Shown here one piece after another: positions 1 to 14,430 of a stretch of 64,000 nt of DNA. This DNA comes from Eledone cirrhosa. Taxonomy: Eukaryota. The first letter of the stretch is position 1, and the number at the start of each line of letters is the position of its first letter. The stretch is from assembly GCA_964016885.1 (NCBI GenBank), contig OZ024752.1:11470001-11534000 (forward strand), given 5' to 3'. The position numbers were made by a program, and so were the translations under genes. The notes under the pieces were generated by a model. The model was not told where the DNA came from. It saw nothing but the letters and a program-made list of their open reading frames with translations, and ran no database searches.

Positions 1-908
1 TCCCTTCCTCTCTCCCACTCCTCTCTCTCTCACTCTCCCACTCCCCTCCTCTCTCACTCTCCTTCTCCCCTCCTCTCTCTCTATCACTCTCCCACTCTCC
101 CACTCCCCTCCTCTCTCACTCTCTCACTCCCCTCCTCTCTCACTCTCCCACACCCCTCCTCTCTCACTCTCCTCCTCTCTCTCACTCTCCTTTTCCCCTC
201 CTCTCTCTCTATCACTCTCCCACTCCCCTCCTCTCTCACTCCCCTCCTCTCTCACTCTTTCACTCTCCTCCTCTCTCTCACTCCCCTCCTCTCCCACTCC
301 CCTCCTCTCTCTCACTCTCTCACTCTCCTCCTCTCTCTCACTCTCCTTTTCCCCTCCTCTCTCTCTATCACTCTCCCACTCCCCTCCTCTCTTTCACTCT
401 CCTCCTCTCCCACTCCCCTCCTCTCTCTCACTCTCTCACTCCCCTCCTCTCTCTCACTCTCTCACTCCCCTCCTCTCTCACTCTCCTTCTCCCCTCCTCT
501 CTCTCTCTCACTCTCCCACTCCCCTCCTCTCTCACTCCCCTCCTCTCTCACTCTTTCACTCTCCTCCTCTCCCACTCCCCTCCTCTCTCTCACTCTCCTA
601 CTCCCCTCCTCTCTCACTCTCCCACACCCCTCCTCTCTCACTCTCCTCCTCTCCCACTCCCCTCCTCTCTCTGTCTCCCACTCCCCTCCTCCCCTCCTCT
701 CTCTCTCTCTCACTCGCCCACTCCCCTCCTCTCTCTCTCTCTCCCCGCTCCCACTCCCTCCTCTCTCTCTCTCTCTCGCGCTCCCACTCCCCTCCTCTCT
801 CTCTCCCGCTCCCACTCCCTCCTCTCTCTCTCGCTCCCACTCCCTTCTCTCTCTCTCACGCTCCCACCCCCCTCCTCTCTCTCAATCTTCCCCTCTCTCT
901 CACACACC

Positions 909-990
<82 letters not shown>
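1..990. repeat. Compound polypyrimidine (CT-rich) repeat ending in pure (CT)n
   Basis: Reiterated ctcccctcctctctctca-like units, then (CT)n at ~913-989; explains the E/R/G-rich minus-strand ORFs. Confidence 0.95.
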
Positions 991-992
<2 letters not shown>

Positions 993-1538
993 TTCTCTGT
1001 ATTGACGTTTTCTTTGCATTCACCTCTTTTAATTTCGTTTCCACTCCACAACATCTCTACATTATCTCTTAATTAAGTTATCAAAGTTCAACTTTGAACA
1101 AATGAATGAAACCAAGTCGGTTCAGATGTAAAGTTAACGCCAATATTTTCATTTCTATCTAATCTAATATTTCTGAGTAAAGTCAGTGCTAACCTATTAA
1201 ACATAGTGTCACCCTCGTTTAAATTAGTATACATCATAGGGTCAAAATCGTCAGGGGAAGTTCCAAATATTCAGTTAATCAAAATTCGAATTACGCCTAC
1301 AGTAAGGTGAAGATTATAGTAACATAAAGGTGAATATTTATCTAATTTGAGACTTTAAAGTTCCTGTGATGTTTCAGGCTTATTAAATCTTATCAGTCAA
1401 TCATGTTATTTTACATATTTGGCAGCTTTCTAAGAGAAATACAATATGGTTGAATAAAATTGTATACGGTTGGAAACTATGTAAGAATACCGTCTCCATG
1501 AAAAAGTATATTAAATCAGTTATATTAAATGTTCTTCT

Positions 1539-1738
1539 NNNNNNNNNNNNNNNNNNNNNNNNNNNNNNNNNNNNNNNNNNNNNNNNNNNNNNNNNNNNNN
1601 NNNNNNNNNNNNNNNNNNNNNNNNNNNNNNNNNNNNNNNNNNNNNNNNNNNNNNNNNNNNNNNNNNNNNNNNNNNNNNNNNNNNNNNNNNNNNNNNNNNN
1701 NNNNNNNNNNNNNNNNNNNNNNNNNNNNNNNNNNNNNN
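1539..1738. other. Assembly gap (200 N)
   Basis: Run of n characters. Confidence 1.
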
Positions 1739-1784
1739 CAATCGTAAAAATTATAAAAAGATAAATTATGACTGAAAAGTTGGA

Positions 1785-1867
1785 GTAAAAAAATCAGAAA
1801 GATTTCACTTAGGTTACTTAGGCGAGCCATTCAGAAAGCTTCGCGGGCGGCAGGTGGCTCATGACTG
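1785..1867 (-). mobile_element. End of a hAT-type MITE, same family as 20267-20541
   Basis: gaaagcttcgcgggcggcaggtggctcatgactg is the near reverse complement of cagtcatgggcaacatgcggcccgcgaagctttc at 20267. Confidence 0.65.
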
Positions 1868-2099
1868 CTCTAACCATTAAGCCATAATCCTTCACACAAG
1901 ATGTAATCTAATGTTAATTGGACACAGCAGTATTATTTCAACTTACATGTAATTCATTTTATTTAATGTAATTTAATATAAATTGATTAATTCAATTTTA
2001 ATCAAGTATTTCTTTTTATTCTACATGTTTATTTGTTATTTGTTAAATCAAACACTTTAACAGTCTGGTAACTATGTGTTAATCTTTTGTCATTTTCAG

Positions 2100-2175
2100 G
2101 GATTTGTAAATTCGTCAACAAACGAAATATTCCTCAATAAAGTTGACAAACCACTAACTTCAACATACACTAAAG
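2100..2175 (+). CDS. Candidate internal exon of an unknown host gene (76 nt, GFVNSSTNEIFLNKVDKPLTSTYTK)
   Basis: Acceptor aatcttttgtcattttcAG (2098-2099) and consensus donor AAG|GTAAGT at 2176; only one frame is open; sequence is non-repetitive. Confidence 0.5.
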
Positions 2176-2294
2176 GTAAGTGAGTTTATTACAGTTATTG
2201 ATATATTTGTTTACTTAGATCTCATATTGGATGTGTTATGCAAATACACGTACACGCTCACACCCAGATGCGCACATACATATATATATATATA

Positions 2295-2500
2295 TTTAAT
2301 TAGAAAGTGTACAACACAAAATATAACTACTCCATTACCAAAGGTTTCTGGTTCACAGACGTATATATTATTATCGTCAGTGATCCAGAAACCTTAGGTA
2401 ATGGAGTAGTTATATTTTGTATTGTTCACTTTCTAATTAAATAGCTCTGTTCTATGAATAGAGCACGCTTTTTTCTCTTGCTATTCCTTTGGAATTACGT
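2295..2500 (+). mobile_element. Short Penelope-type element: ~65-bp inverted arms plus 3' tail, with a degenerate hammerhead centre
   Basis: tttaattagaaagtg...cacagacg / cgtcagtg...cactttctaattaaa inverted arms beside (TA)n; tail gctc...gagcac; minus strand shows ctgacga...cgtc but lacks GAAA. Confidence 0.55.
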
Positions 2501-2649
2501 AAAACGCTCACGCACACGCACACACACATACACACACATATGTATATATGGTGGAGGGTCACTACCACGAACAATTATAAGCTTTTGAAAAAGTGTGATA
2601 AATGATTAAGTATTGCATATGATTAAACAATATATATAGTAGTCACTAC

Positions 2650-3118
2650 GTGTGGACAATTATAATAAAACAAACACAAATAAGTTAAAGGCAATAAAAT
2701 CGTACATTCATTTCGCGCCGAAGTCTATGGGGCCATACTTGCTTTTTCTCTCTCTCTCTCTCGTCTGCGACTTCACAGAACTTATGTTTACCGAATTCGC
2801 AGACCAGACCCCTTCTTCTTCCCCCCGTAAGACCTGTGCGAAATTCCTTCCTTGCTCACATTTCAACCAGGTTTGATGGTCTTTTGTCTCTTGTTCACGA
2901 TTTCACCGAGTTTATATTCATAGAAATCTGGGACTTGTCTCTTTCTTCTCACTTTCTGTTGCTTAAACCATTTTGTTTGTTCACCCTAACGTCCCCTTTA
3001 TTACGTGTCCCAACGACTTTTTTTAGCCGTTGTTCGCACCAACCTGAGGTATATGGCCCTTAAAGCGATGAAATGCCTAGGACGGTTGGAGGGTCACTGA
3101 TGAAGGACTTACTTTTTC
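2650..3118 (+). mobile_element. Interspersed repeat family L (second copy ~15335-15535), ending in a 5' half hammerhead
   Basis: cgcaccaacc(t/g)gaggtatatg...aaagcgatgaaat...cactga(t/c)gaaggact shared with 15400-15480; abuts (TA)n. Confidence 0.55.
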
Positions 3119-5410
<2,292 letters not shown>

Positions 5411-5529
5411 TATGAATGAAGTAATTCCGTCGGAAAAGTCCAGGAAAAAAGAGTGCTCTATGTAACAGGTGAATGATTTCATATATTATATAGTAATAAT
5501 AATAATAATATTAATAATAATAATAATAT

Positions 5530-5966
5530 ATATTATATATCAATTTTGTGTGTGTATCTGTCTGTGTACAAATACTAGGCTCCATTTAACTTTTGAAGTA
5601 CTAGGCCGATTTGCTTCAAGATATTTCTATGTCCAGTGGATGGTCAATATGGTAGTGGCACCGCCATCTTACGCATAGGGTTTAGTCTACTGAAGGACAT
5701 ACGGTACGTCTATTCCATCTTTATCCCCTTACTCATACCTACTACAGCAAGGCCGGACCTGAAATCATTCACGTCAATTAACTCAAGCTACCCCATGAAT
5801 TGTTTTTATGTTGTCGTTTATTTCACTCAATCATGTCACTGTACACCCATTTTGTTAAACCTTTTTTTACAATTACATTTCAATTCTTGGCTCAACCTTT
5901 GGCTCTCTTTATACGGACAAACAGGTTGTCATTCATTTCCCGAGCAACGCCGGGTACATATGCTAG
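5530..5966 (+). mobile_element. Non-autonomous Helitron (5' end approximate)
   Basis: 3' hairpin cccgagcaacgccggg then CTAG|T; same terminus type as 39800-39825 and 40517-40545. Confidence 0.7.
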
Positions 5967-6851
5967 TATATATATATATTGAAACAAACAATTTTCACAG
6001 ATTATTAGGTCAAATAGACAACAAAGTCTCTACCTCGTCGTTCACCCGGTGCGTGAGATTTGAGATTTCGTGTCTACATTAATGCATTTGTATATAATGT
6101 ATACAAATGAATGTACATTCTAGATGCATGCACACGCACATACTCATATATGTGTGTGTATATGTGTGTGCGTGTGTTTGTGTGTATGTGCATGTGAATA
6201 TATATTTCCTGTATTGTACGTATGTTTACATGTTTAGATTTGAACGCCTGGATTCGTATATGACTTCGTTAGTAATTGTCTAAAGTGTATATGTACTGTC
6301 ATAAATCCTATTTCTGTGGCTGTTTTAGTAAATATGGCTGACGTCAGTTTGGTTTCAGCAAATTTCACGTGAAGCCATAGGTTAGTTCTGACAAAAACCA
6401 CCATCTAGAACGTCGAAGACAGATGTCACACTAGCTGTATAATAAATGCATGTATTAATTACATATCTCAGTTTAGCATCAGGCACCACTTGACATGGAA
6501 TGAACACAATGTAACTTCAACTATAAAGCGTCTATATTCCTCTACTTTTAAATATCTGCAATTGCTATATATTTTACATATAATTTACCAACGAACGTGA
6601 TTTGAATTATGAATTAAAGTTGAATAAGGTGAAGTCAAATATCTCCAGTGCAATTATTGCAAGTCTAGTATTGTCAGATTCTAAACATTAGAAACCTATT
6701 AATACAAGCAGACACAAATATACACACACAAACCACATATGCTCGTTCTCACACAGTTGTATATAGTTTTCGTATTACGTATATATGTATACATTTTTAT
6801 GTTTCTGTATGTCCCACGTATTGAGCAAGAGGAAGCGGTACAATACATTTA

Positions 6852-6927
6852 CTTACGGGGTCGATGAAATAAAGTACCAGTAATGTACTGGATAATTGCT
6901 GGCCTTGTGCCTAAAGTAGAAACAGTT
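6852..6927 (+). mobile_element. SINE family 1, 3' fragment
   Basis: ttacggggtcgat...ggccttgtgcctaaagtagaaaca. Confidence 0.88.
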
Positions 6928-7019
6928 ATTTACACACGTAAAAATGTTTACAAGATAAATACAAGAGAAGTAGGAAGAACATACGTAGTTTCACACAAAA
7001 GTATTCGTACGTAAAATAT

Positions 7020-7136
7020 AATTGTTTCTACTTTTGGCACAAGGCCAGCAATTACCCAGTGCATTACTGGTACTTTATTTTATCGACCCCGTAAGGATGA
7101 AAGGCAAAGTTAACCTCGGCGGGATTTGAACTCAGA
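7020..7136 (-). mobile_element. SINE family 1, 5'-truncated
   Basis: Identity to the family consensus. Confidence 0.9.
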
Positions 7137-7888
7137 ATGGCAACTCTATACGTCAAATATAATGATTCGAAACAATAGCTGTGTGAGCAATAAGATATTC
7201 CTGAAGGTTTCCAACAACTGTCTTTTACCAAAAGACGAACAATTGAATTCAATGAAAACTTAGAGATTTTATTGCATTGATGGAGAAGGAACAATATCGG
7301 GTTTGGGCGATTATCAGAAGTAGACGATATTTTGTGTAAATATTGTACATACGGATAATATTGGAAATATACATGTTGATCTGGTGGAGGTGGGGTTAAT
7401 CTTGCTTTAGAATATTAGATATCTAAGAGAAAGAAAAGCGACTGAGTCAACAGAAGTTGCATTATCAATATAAGCAGCAGATTTAACAGCTGCACCAAGT
7501 TCAGAAACAGCTGCAGAAACATCGGCTTGAAGAAATAGTCAAATTTCACTTGTTTACATTATTGATGTTACTTCCGGAAAATATTCTTTATTAACGTTCT
7601 AGTGAACCAATAATATTTTTAAGTATCAGTTTCTTTGGGGAAGTAAATGTACGAACAAGGTTATCAGGGATTCTTGTAGAGTAGATAGACAGGATCCTTA
7701 CATTATGATTCATCATCTATATTATCTTCACTATCTCTGTTATAAGGAGAAATTAATTCACCATTTTTCATTTATTGTTTAACACTTGTTATCCTGAATC
7801 ACCCTCTATCACCTGTAACGAGATTCTGATGTAGGGTTTGATAATAACTGATTCAGCCCTGCCTCTGACGCAAACTATTAAAATCCGT

Positions 7889-7947
7889 TCAAAGTGGTTT
7901 TCAAAGTGGTATTCAAAGTGACATTCTAAGTGACATTCAAAGTGGTA
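7889..7947. repeat. 12-bp tandem repeat (ttcaaagtggta-like) x5
   Basis: ttcaaagtggtt/ttcaaagtggta/ttcaaagtgaca/ttctaagtgaca/ttcaaagtggta. Confidence 0.85.
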
Positions 7948-8121
7948 TTTACTCTCTACATTGTACAAATGTTTGTCATTTTAGCAACCGTTGGCTTCAT
8001 TTGTAGTGTTCAATGCCTATTATAAAGCTGCTGAATTGAAAGTGTAGTACTCGGTATTTCATAAGATTGCTCTCTTCTGCAACCATCTCAAGTATAAATC
8101 AAAAAGTATATATGAATGTAC

Positions 8122-8262
<141 letters not shown>

Positions 8263-8341
8263 TATATATGTCTCAAAACGCTAAGTTCTAGTTTGAATAT
8301 GTTACTATCTGTAAAACAACTTTTGTATTCCTGACTCTTTT

Positions 8342-8379
<38 letters not shown>

Positions 8380-8484
8380 AAAAGAGTCAGGAATATATAT
8401 AAGCACTACCCAATATATATATATATAAGCACTACCCAAACGGAACTTAAACCGTTAAGGTCTGATTCCTGGGTATATATATAT

Positions 8485-9092
8485 GGTGGCTGCCAACTCG
8501 TTTTCGAGTACGTCCACTACTTTATATCCATTTTGGAGAACCTCTACCGATGCGCTGAACGAGTGTGACTTTTTAGTCCAGCCAGCGACTTGAAAACTCT
8601 GGTACAAACACTACACTTGTGACAATTATTGACACATAGTGCTGGGCCCATGGTACCATGTGACGGCAAGTGCAGAGAGATCTCCAGATATAAAGCAATG
8701 CCTGTGCCGTGAAGCTTTTATAGTGATCAAAGGCACTGCACAAAGCCAGTCCCACTCTCTTAACCAAGATGATATTTACCAAAAAGAAGAACAAGTCAAC
8801 ATCATTGGATACCATCAGGGTTGCCGGTGTTATATCAGAGTTTTCCTTCTCCTAGAATTCTGCCTTGACAAAGGCTAAGGGGTTATCTCTCCCAGTGATT
8901 TTGGATGGCCATTGACTCTTAAGAGCTCCTCTGCCCTTTGACAGGTTTTGTTTTTAGTCCTGCAGGATGTCCAAAGTCACCCTCCTCACCAAGAAACCTT
9001 GGTGGGGTTGCCAGTTTAGTCGCCAACGACCCGACCATGAGACAGGTTGTACTGGGATACATGTTACCAGTAGCACCAAGTGGTGACCTGAC
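8485..9092 (-). mobile_element. Non-coding ~600-bp retroposon, probably RTE-derived (longest copy)
   Basis: Near-identical to 23855-24136 and 32585-33000; all three share the terminus ...gagtt(g/a)gcagccacca followed by a (TATG)n/(TA)n tail. Confidence 0.75.
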
Positions 9093-9104
9093 ATATGTAT
9101 GTAC

Positions 9105-9153
<49 letters not shown>

Positions 9154-9294
9154 CATATATATATACATATATATACATATATATATATACATATATATAT
9201 GTATATATATATGTATATATATGTATATATATATATGTATGTATATATATATATATAGATATAGATATATGTATGTATATGTATCTATATATAT

Positions 9295-9336
<42 letters not shown>

Positions 9337-9523
9337 ATATATGTATATATATAGATATAGATAGGTAAATATACACGGGTGTGTATGATTGTGTATAGAA
9401 GATTATATTAATAAGAGGAATTCCAACTTTGTCTGATTTACTCGTTTTATTTACAATCCTTTAAAATATATAATGGTATTATAATGAAATAGTATGATAG
9501 AATATTAAATTCTAAGTGTTAAT

Positions 9524-9562
9524 TGAACAAGTACTTTCATGCTTTCGCAATCTTCAGGTTCA
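9524..9562 (-). ncRNA. Type I hammerhead ribozyme (minimal)
   Basis: Minus strand: tgaac-CTGAAGA-t tgc gaaa gca t-GAAA-gtac-TT-gttca; helices I and II pair, helix III is the palindrome AGTACT. Confidence 0.85.
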
Positions 9563-9850
9563 TGATATGTGGTGACAGTCGAGTTTGCAATTTTCAACTG
9601 TAATGAGATGGGTAAATTTCCTACCTTTTATACATTTTATACAGAGAAAAGTGGCTCCAGAATGCTAAACCCTGTAAACTGTATTTCGACCAATCAGTGT
9701 GTAGTTTCACTGAATTACTAAAGCTGATTGGTTTAAGCGTCACGGCTGGTTGAGCATGCTAACGACCAATAATCATATCCAAAGCATCAATTGTTTTGCT
9801 ATTTTTAGAAATGATAAAAATAGCATTATATATATGTATATATATATATA

Positions 9851-9947
<97 letters not shown>

Positions 9948-9948
9948 G

Positions 9949-10014
<66 letters not shown>

Positions 10015-10015
<1 letters not shown>

Positions 10016-10217
10016 GTGGAGAAGTAAAATACAGGAGAACAGTCCGTTAAAACATGTTTACTTAAAATAACACCTACCTTCGTTTCGCCCGAATGGGCTT
10101 CTCAAGGGGATAATAACTAAAAAGCGTTCCTTACAAGTCCCGAATGGCTTTTTAGAGATAAGTTCACGTCAGAGTTCATTCTTCGCAAAAAAACATGTTT
10201 TGATTTTGCAGTAGGTC

Positions 10218-10220
<3 letters not shown>
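10015..10220 (-). mobile_element. Penelope-type mini-element family E with variant-core hammerhead (10071-10110)
   Basis: Homologous to 27530-27723; minus strand cc-CTTGAGAA-gccc attc gggc-GAAA-cgaagg-TA-gg; lies in (TA)n. Confidence 0.7.
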
Positions 10221-10260
<40 letters not shown>

Positions 10261-10263
<3 letters not shown>

Positions 10264-10445
10264 AACGAGTAGGACCCCGACGCCTGAGCTCAAGCCGTTT
10301 CGACGGCTAATTCTGGACGTCGAAACGGCTTGAGCTCACACCGTCGTGGTCCTACTCGTTCCTATTACCCACTCTACTACCCTATGTATTGAGTACTTTG
10401 GTGCGTTATGGTCCACCTGGTTCCTTACCATATTTCCTTCGTTAT
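10261..10445 (+). mobile_element. Penelope-type mini-element family B (inverted arms + tail)
   Basis: aggaacgagtaggacc...ggtcctactcgttcct inverted arms; tail ...attgagtactttggtgcgttatggtccacc; inside (TA)n. Confidence 0.8.
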
Positions 10446-10454
10446 ATATATATT

Positions 10455-10650
10455 CTTGCGAGTCAGTTATTTCCATGCTACGCTCCCCGCGCTTGAATTA
10501 CCGGTCGCTATCTTCAATTAGCAAAGCCCTTTAAACGGAATGTTATTACTCTAAGTTTTTATACCTTATCGAGTGCTTGGCTGCACTTCTCTTTGCATTC
10601 GTGGCTTAGCTGTGACTCGAGCTTCGACTATGCTGTACTTCCATTTGTAT
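10455..10650 (+). mobile_element. Repeat family K (inverted copy at ~17285-17490)
   Basis: ggtcgcta..ttcaatt.gcaaagccctttaaac...cgagtgcttggctgcact shared between the copies. Confidence 0.65.
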
Positions 10651-11116
10651 ATATGTATATTCAGCTTGTTGTGTAATAATTATTACTGATATTACCGGTT
10701 TTCACATTCACTACATTGGCATTATTTGTATAGTTGAAATATACAATACTCGGATTTCTATGCAACATCTGTATGTTGTTTTTGACGTAGATTGTCTAAA
10801 GTGAAAATGAGAGAAGGAAAGTTCAATTTAACAAATGTTTATTCATATACTACTTCAACATTTCTCGGTGGAAACCGGATAGTTTAATTCTTGCAAGTCT
10901 CCGGTCAGATTTGCTAATTATGAACCCCAACACAAACATATATGTTAGTTGAATTCGGTTACTTGTCATATTTCAATAGGCAAATAACCGGGTGGCACCG
11001 CTTCCCTGTAATATATATATATACATTTGTAAATATGTGTTTGTATTTATATATATTTACTATTCGAGTAATGGAAAAAACTTCATTTCTCACTCTTAGT
11101 ACGGCTGATACTTAAA

Positions 11117-11569
11117 TGTAAGTATGTATACGTACATATATATATGTATACAGACGTACAGTAGTATGTATATACATACATACATGCACACATATATATA
11201 TGTACGTATGGGTTTATCGAACATTTATTATAATGTTCGGTTTGTTTGTAAACAGCCGTTAATATGCATAAGGAAGGTATATACGTTCAAACGTTCAATA
11301 GACTGACAAGAAGGTACACGGTGCTGATGACAGCTAATAAGCTAGAAACTAGTTGATCGTTCCTTTGTCGGTGTTGAACAAAGAGCAACGATGCTTGCCG
11401 AACACTGACCGGCTTAATTCGGGATGTTTGTTTACAAACAAACCTAACATTATAATAAATGTTCGGTAAACCCATACGGACATATATATATATGTATGCA
11501 TGTATGTATGTATATACATACTACTGTACGTCTGTATACATATATGTATGTACGTGTACATACTTACAT
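11117..11569 (+). mobile_element. Insertion with ~135-bp inverted arms enclosing a hammerhead
   Basis: 11117-11253 is the reverse complement of 11430-11569; 12-bp direct repeat tactattcgagt at 11058 and 11569. Confidence 0.7.
11318..11360 (+). ncRNA. Type I hammerhead ribozyme (minimal)
   Basis: acggtg-CTGATGA-c agct aata agct a-GAAA-ctag-TT-gatcgt; palindromic ACTAGT helix III; one mismatch next to the core in helix I. Confidence 0.75.
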
Positions 11570-12312
11570 ACTATTCGAGTGGTTCCTTATTAATTAGTTC
11601 TTCCTATTTTGTTTATTCTCTTTTACACAGTTGTTGGTTGATGTTGCTTATATTATTATTACTATTTTTCTTTTGCCGTTCTTGCTATGTTACTTTTAAA
11701 TTTTTTTTACATCGCCATCTATTTTAGTGCCCAGCTTCTCTTCCATCTATATCCATCATATTGCGCCCATTATTTATGTCACTTTTGCTTTCTTCCCTAA
11801 CCAAATCAGTAACCATGATCTTGAAACTTCTGGAAAAAAAAGACAAACATTGAAATTTAATTTCATAAACTTCTAAAGTTTAAATAACTTACACTATAGG
11901 GTAGGTAGAAATTGCTTGATAACCCAAATTACTCTCAGGTCCTAAATAATAGGGGGATGGGCTGGAAAAAGCGGCGAGTTGTGGACATTTGCTTAAATTC
12001 TTAAAATTGTGGGGTGGATATAAATATGCATATATATTTGTATGTTCGAAATTTTAACGTCTTTTCATTTCAACTTAAATCTGCCTTCCAAGCAAGTCAA
12101 CTCCGATCGATCTTTTAAGTCTCCCATAGGGTACCCGCTTGATATTGGGAGAATATTTAGGATTATTAAATTTGGTAAGATTCTTTTGTTAGCTTAGCAA
12201 TTTTAATTTTCTTTCTAGTGCATTGTTTGGTTTTCCAAATTATTTGAATTTCTGTTTTCTATTTAACAAGGATTCAAGCAAACTACAAAACTCTGTTATA
12301 TATACACACCTG

Positions 12313-12348
<36 letters not shown>

Positions 12349-12448
12349 GTAATAATAATAAAATTAATAAATATATATAGTTAATATATATATATAGTTT
12401 TAATATAAAATAAAATTAATAAATATATATAGTTAATATATATATATA

Positions 12449-12972
12449 GTTTTAATATAGATGAGATTCTACAGGACTAGAACTGTTTCATTCTTTAGAA
12501 ATCATCAGGAATCTGGGTATCAAAAAATAAATATGGTATTTATAGGTCTCTACAAGTGGTAGGAGAGGGTGGGGAGTGGGATGGGTGTAGGTCATTGGTT
12601 GATAGAAAAGGGAATTCATTAAAAGCTAATTCTACAAAGCTATAGTTTATTTTTATTAATTTTTGTTTTTAGAGTAACAAAGGCAGACAGAATTCTATAA
12701 ACAGGTTCCGGGTGGCATACCATTCCTTGTCATTAAGTTTCTCTTAAGCTAACAGATGTCTATAAGATCAGTGGGGGGGTCAGTCATGGTAGATAGAATT
12801 AAAGGAAAGGGAGATTCTTTAAAAGCTAAATTCATTAAGGTTCTACTAAGTGACAAAGGTTTAGAGAATTCTGTAGACAGATTCAAAATACTGAGTGCAT
12901 ATCTTACAATTATCTTCGAACTTCTCTTAAACTAATCAACTATATGCCAAAAATCAACAGACACATTCACAA
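12449..12972 (-). mobile_element. Penelope-type non-autonomous element family A, long arm
   Basis: Homologous over ~500 bp to 42016-42530, with the same ends and an internal ~180-bp duplication; hammerhead at its 3' end. Confidence 0.8.
12464..12514 (-). ncRNA. Type I hammerhead ribozyme, family A
   Basis: Reverse complement of 13536-13586. Confidence 0.85.
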
Positions 12973-13098
12973 AAAAAAAAAAAAAAAAAAAAAAACACTC
13001 ACACACTCGCGCGCAACCATAAACACACATACACATACACATATACACACATAAAAACACACACACATATATAAATATATCTATATACACACATATAT

Positions 13099-13139
<41 letters not shown>

Positions 13140-13282
13140 TACATATATATACACACACACACACACACTCATATATACACATATAAATACACTCACACAC
13201 ATACATACATACACACAAATATACATGTGTATACATATACATATATATACACATAGATATATATATATATATACACATATAT

Positions 13283-13357
<75 letters not shown>

Positions 13358-13397
13358 TACACCATTCATACATATATTCATATATATATATATATAC

Positions 13398-13428
<31 letters not shown>

Positions 13429-13429
13429 C

Positions 13430-13474
<45 letters not shown>

Positions 13475-13523
13475 TATATATATATATATATACATACATA
13501 TATATACATATATACAAACATAT

Positions 13524-13668
13524 TTTTTGATACCCAGATTCCTGATGATTTCTAAAGAATGAAACAGTTCTAGTCCTGTAGAATCTCATCTATATTAAAA
13601 CTTTTATACTCTGCAATGTATTGAGTACCTTACTTACTGTGGTTACCTCCGATTCAACCCGGAATAAC

Positions 13669-13670
<2 letters not shown>
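13524..13670 (+). mobile_element. Family A element, tail-bearing arm
   Basis: Hammerhead then tactc..gagta tail and ...cgattcaacccggaataac end, running into (TA)n. Confidence 0.8.
13536..13586 (+). ncRNA. Type I hammerhead ribozyme, family A (predicted cleavage after GUA, position 13580)
   Basis: agattc-CTGATGA-t ttc taaa gaa t-GAAA-cag ttctagtc ctg-TA-gaatct; all three helices pair. Confidence 0.9.
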
Positions 13671-13720
<50 letters not shown>

Positions 13721-13724
<4 letters not shown>

Positions 13725-13934
13725 TTGGTAGAGTCCATAACACCAATCAAAGCCCTTTTATAGCTCTGATGAATCCTACGGTTACACGTAAGGAAGAAAC
13801 ATTGTTAGCCAATAAAAATCTTTTGACGTTGTAGACGCTCTTGTGTTCTTTTTCATATCCTACGGTTACACGTAAGGAAGAAACATTGTTAGCCAATAAA
13901 CATCTTTTGACGTTGTAGACGCTCTTGTGTTCTT

Positions 13935-14008
<74 letters not shown>

Positions 14009-14134
14009 AAGAACAGAAGAGCGTCTACAACGTCAAAAGATTTTTATTGGCTAACAATGTTTCTTCCTTACGTGTAACCGTAGGATTCATCAGAGCTATA
14101 AAAGGGCTTTGATTGGTGTTATGGACTCTACCAA

Positions 14135-14140
<6 letters not shown>
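13721..14140. mobile_element. Family D: tandem (84-bp partial duplication) plus inverted pseudo-LTR-like copies around a (TA)n tract
   Basis: 13721-13856 repeated in part at 13857-13940 and inverted at 14003-14140. Confidence 0.8.
13756..13817 (+). ncRNA. Type I hammerhead-like fold, family D (inverted twin at 14042-14103)
   Basis: gct-CTGATGA-a tcctacg gttaca cgtaagga a-GAAA-cattg-TT-agc, with distal ttttat/ataaaa pairing. Confidence 0.7.
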
Positions 14141-14211
<71 letters not shown>

Positions 14212-14214
<3 letters not shown>

Positions 14215-14430
14215 ATATAGAAAAGCTTCTACAGGACTAGAACTGTTTCATTCGTGAGAAATAATCGTTAAATATTCATACTCTGCTTTGTATTGAGTAC
14301 CTTGGTTACCCCCGATTGAACCCGGGATAAACTTCATATATATATATATATATATATACACATGGATATATAACAAAGATGGTGTAGTAAGATTCCAGGT
14401 GGACTCTAACGCACCAGAGTACTCAATACG
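14212..14430. mobile_element. Family A variant (inverted arm + tail) followed by a family B tail (minus)
   Basis: gcttctacaggactagaactgtttcattc; tactctgctttgtattgagtacc; aacgcaccagagtactcaatac. Confidence 0.7.

Noticed and set aside
1450-1830. ORFs spanning X residues
   Set aside because: Artefact of the N gap
7150-7530. Possible gag zinc-knuckle remnant on minus strand
   Set aside because: No intact CCHC spacing or open frame
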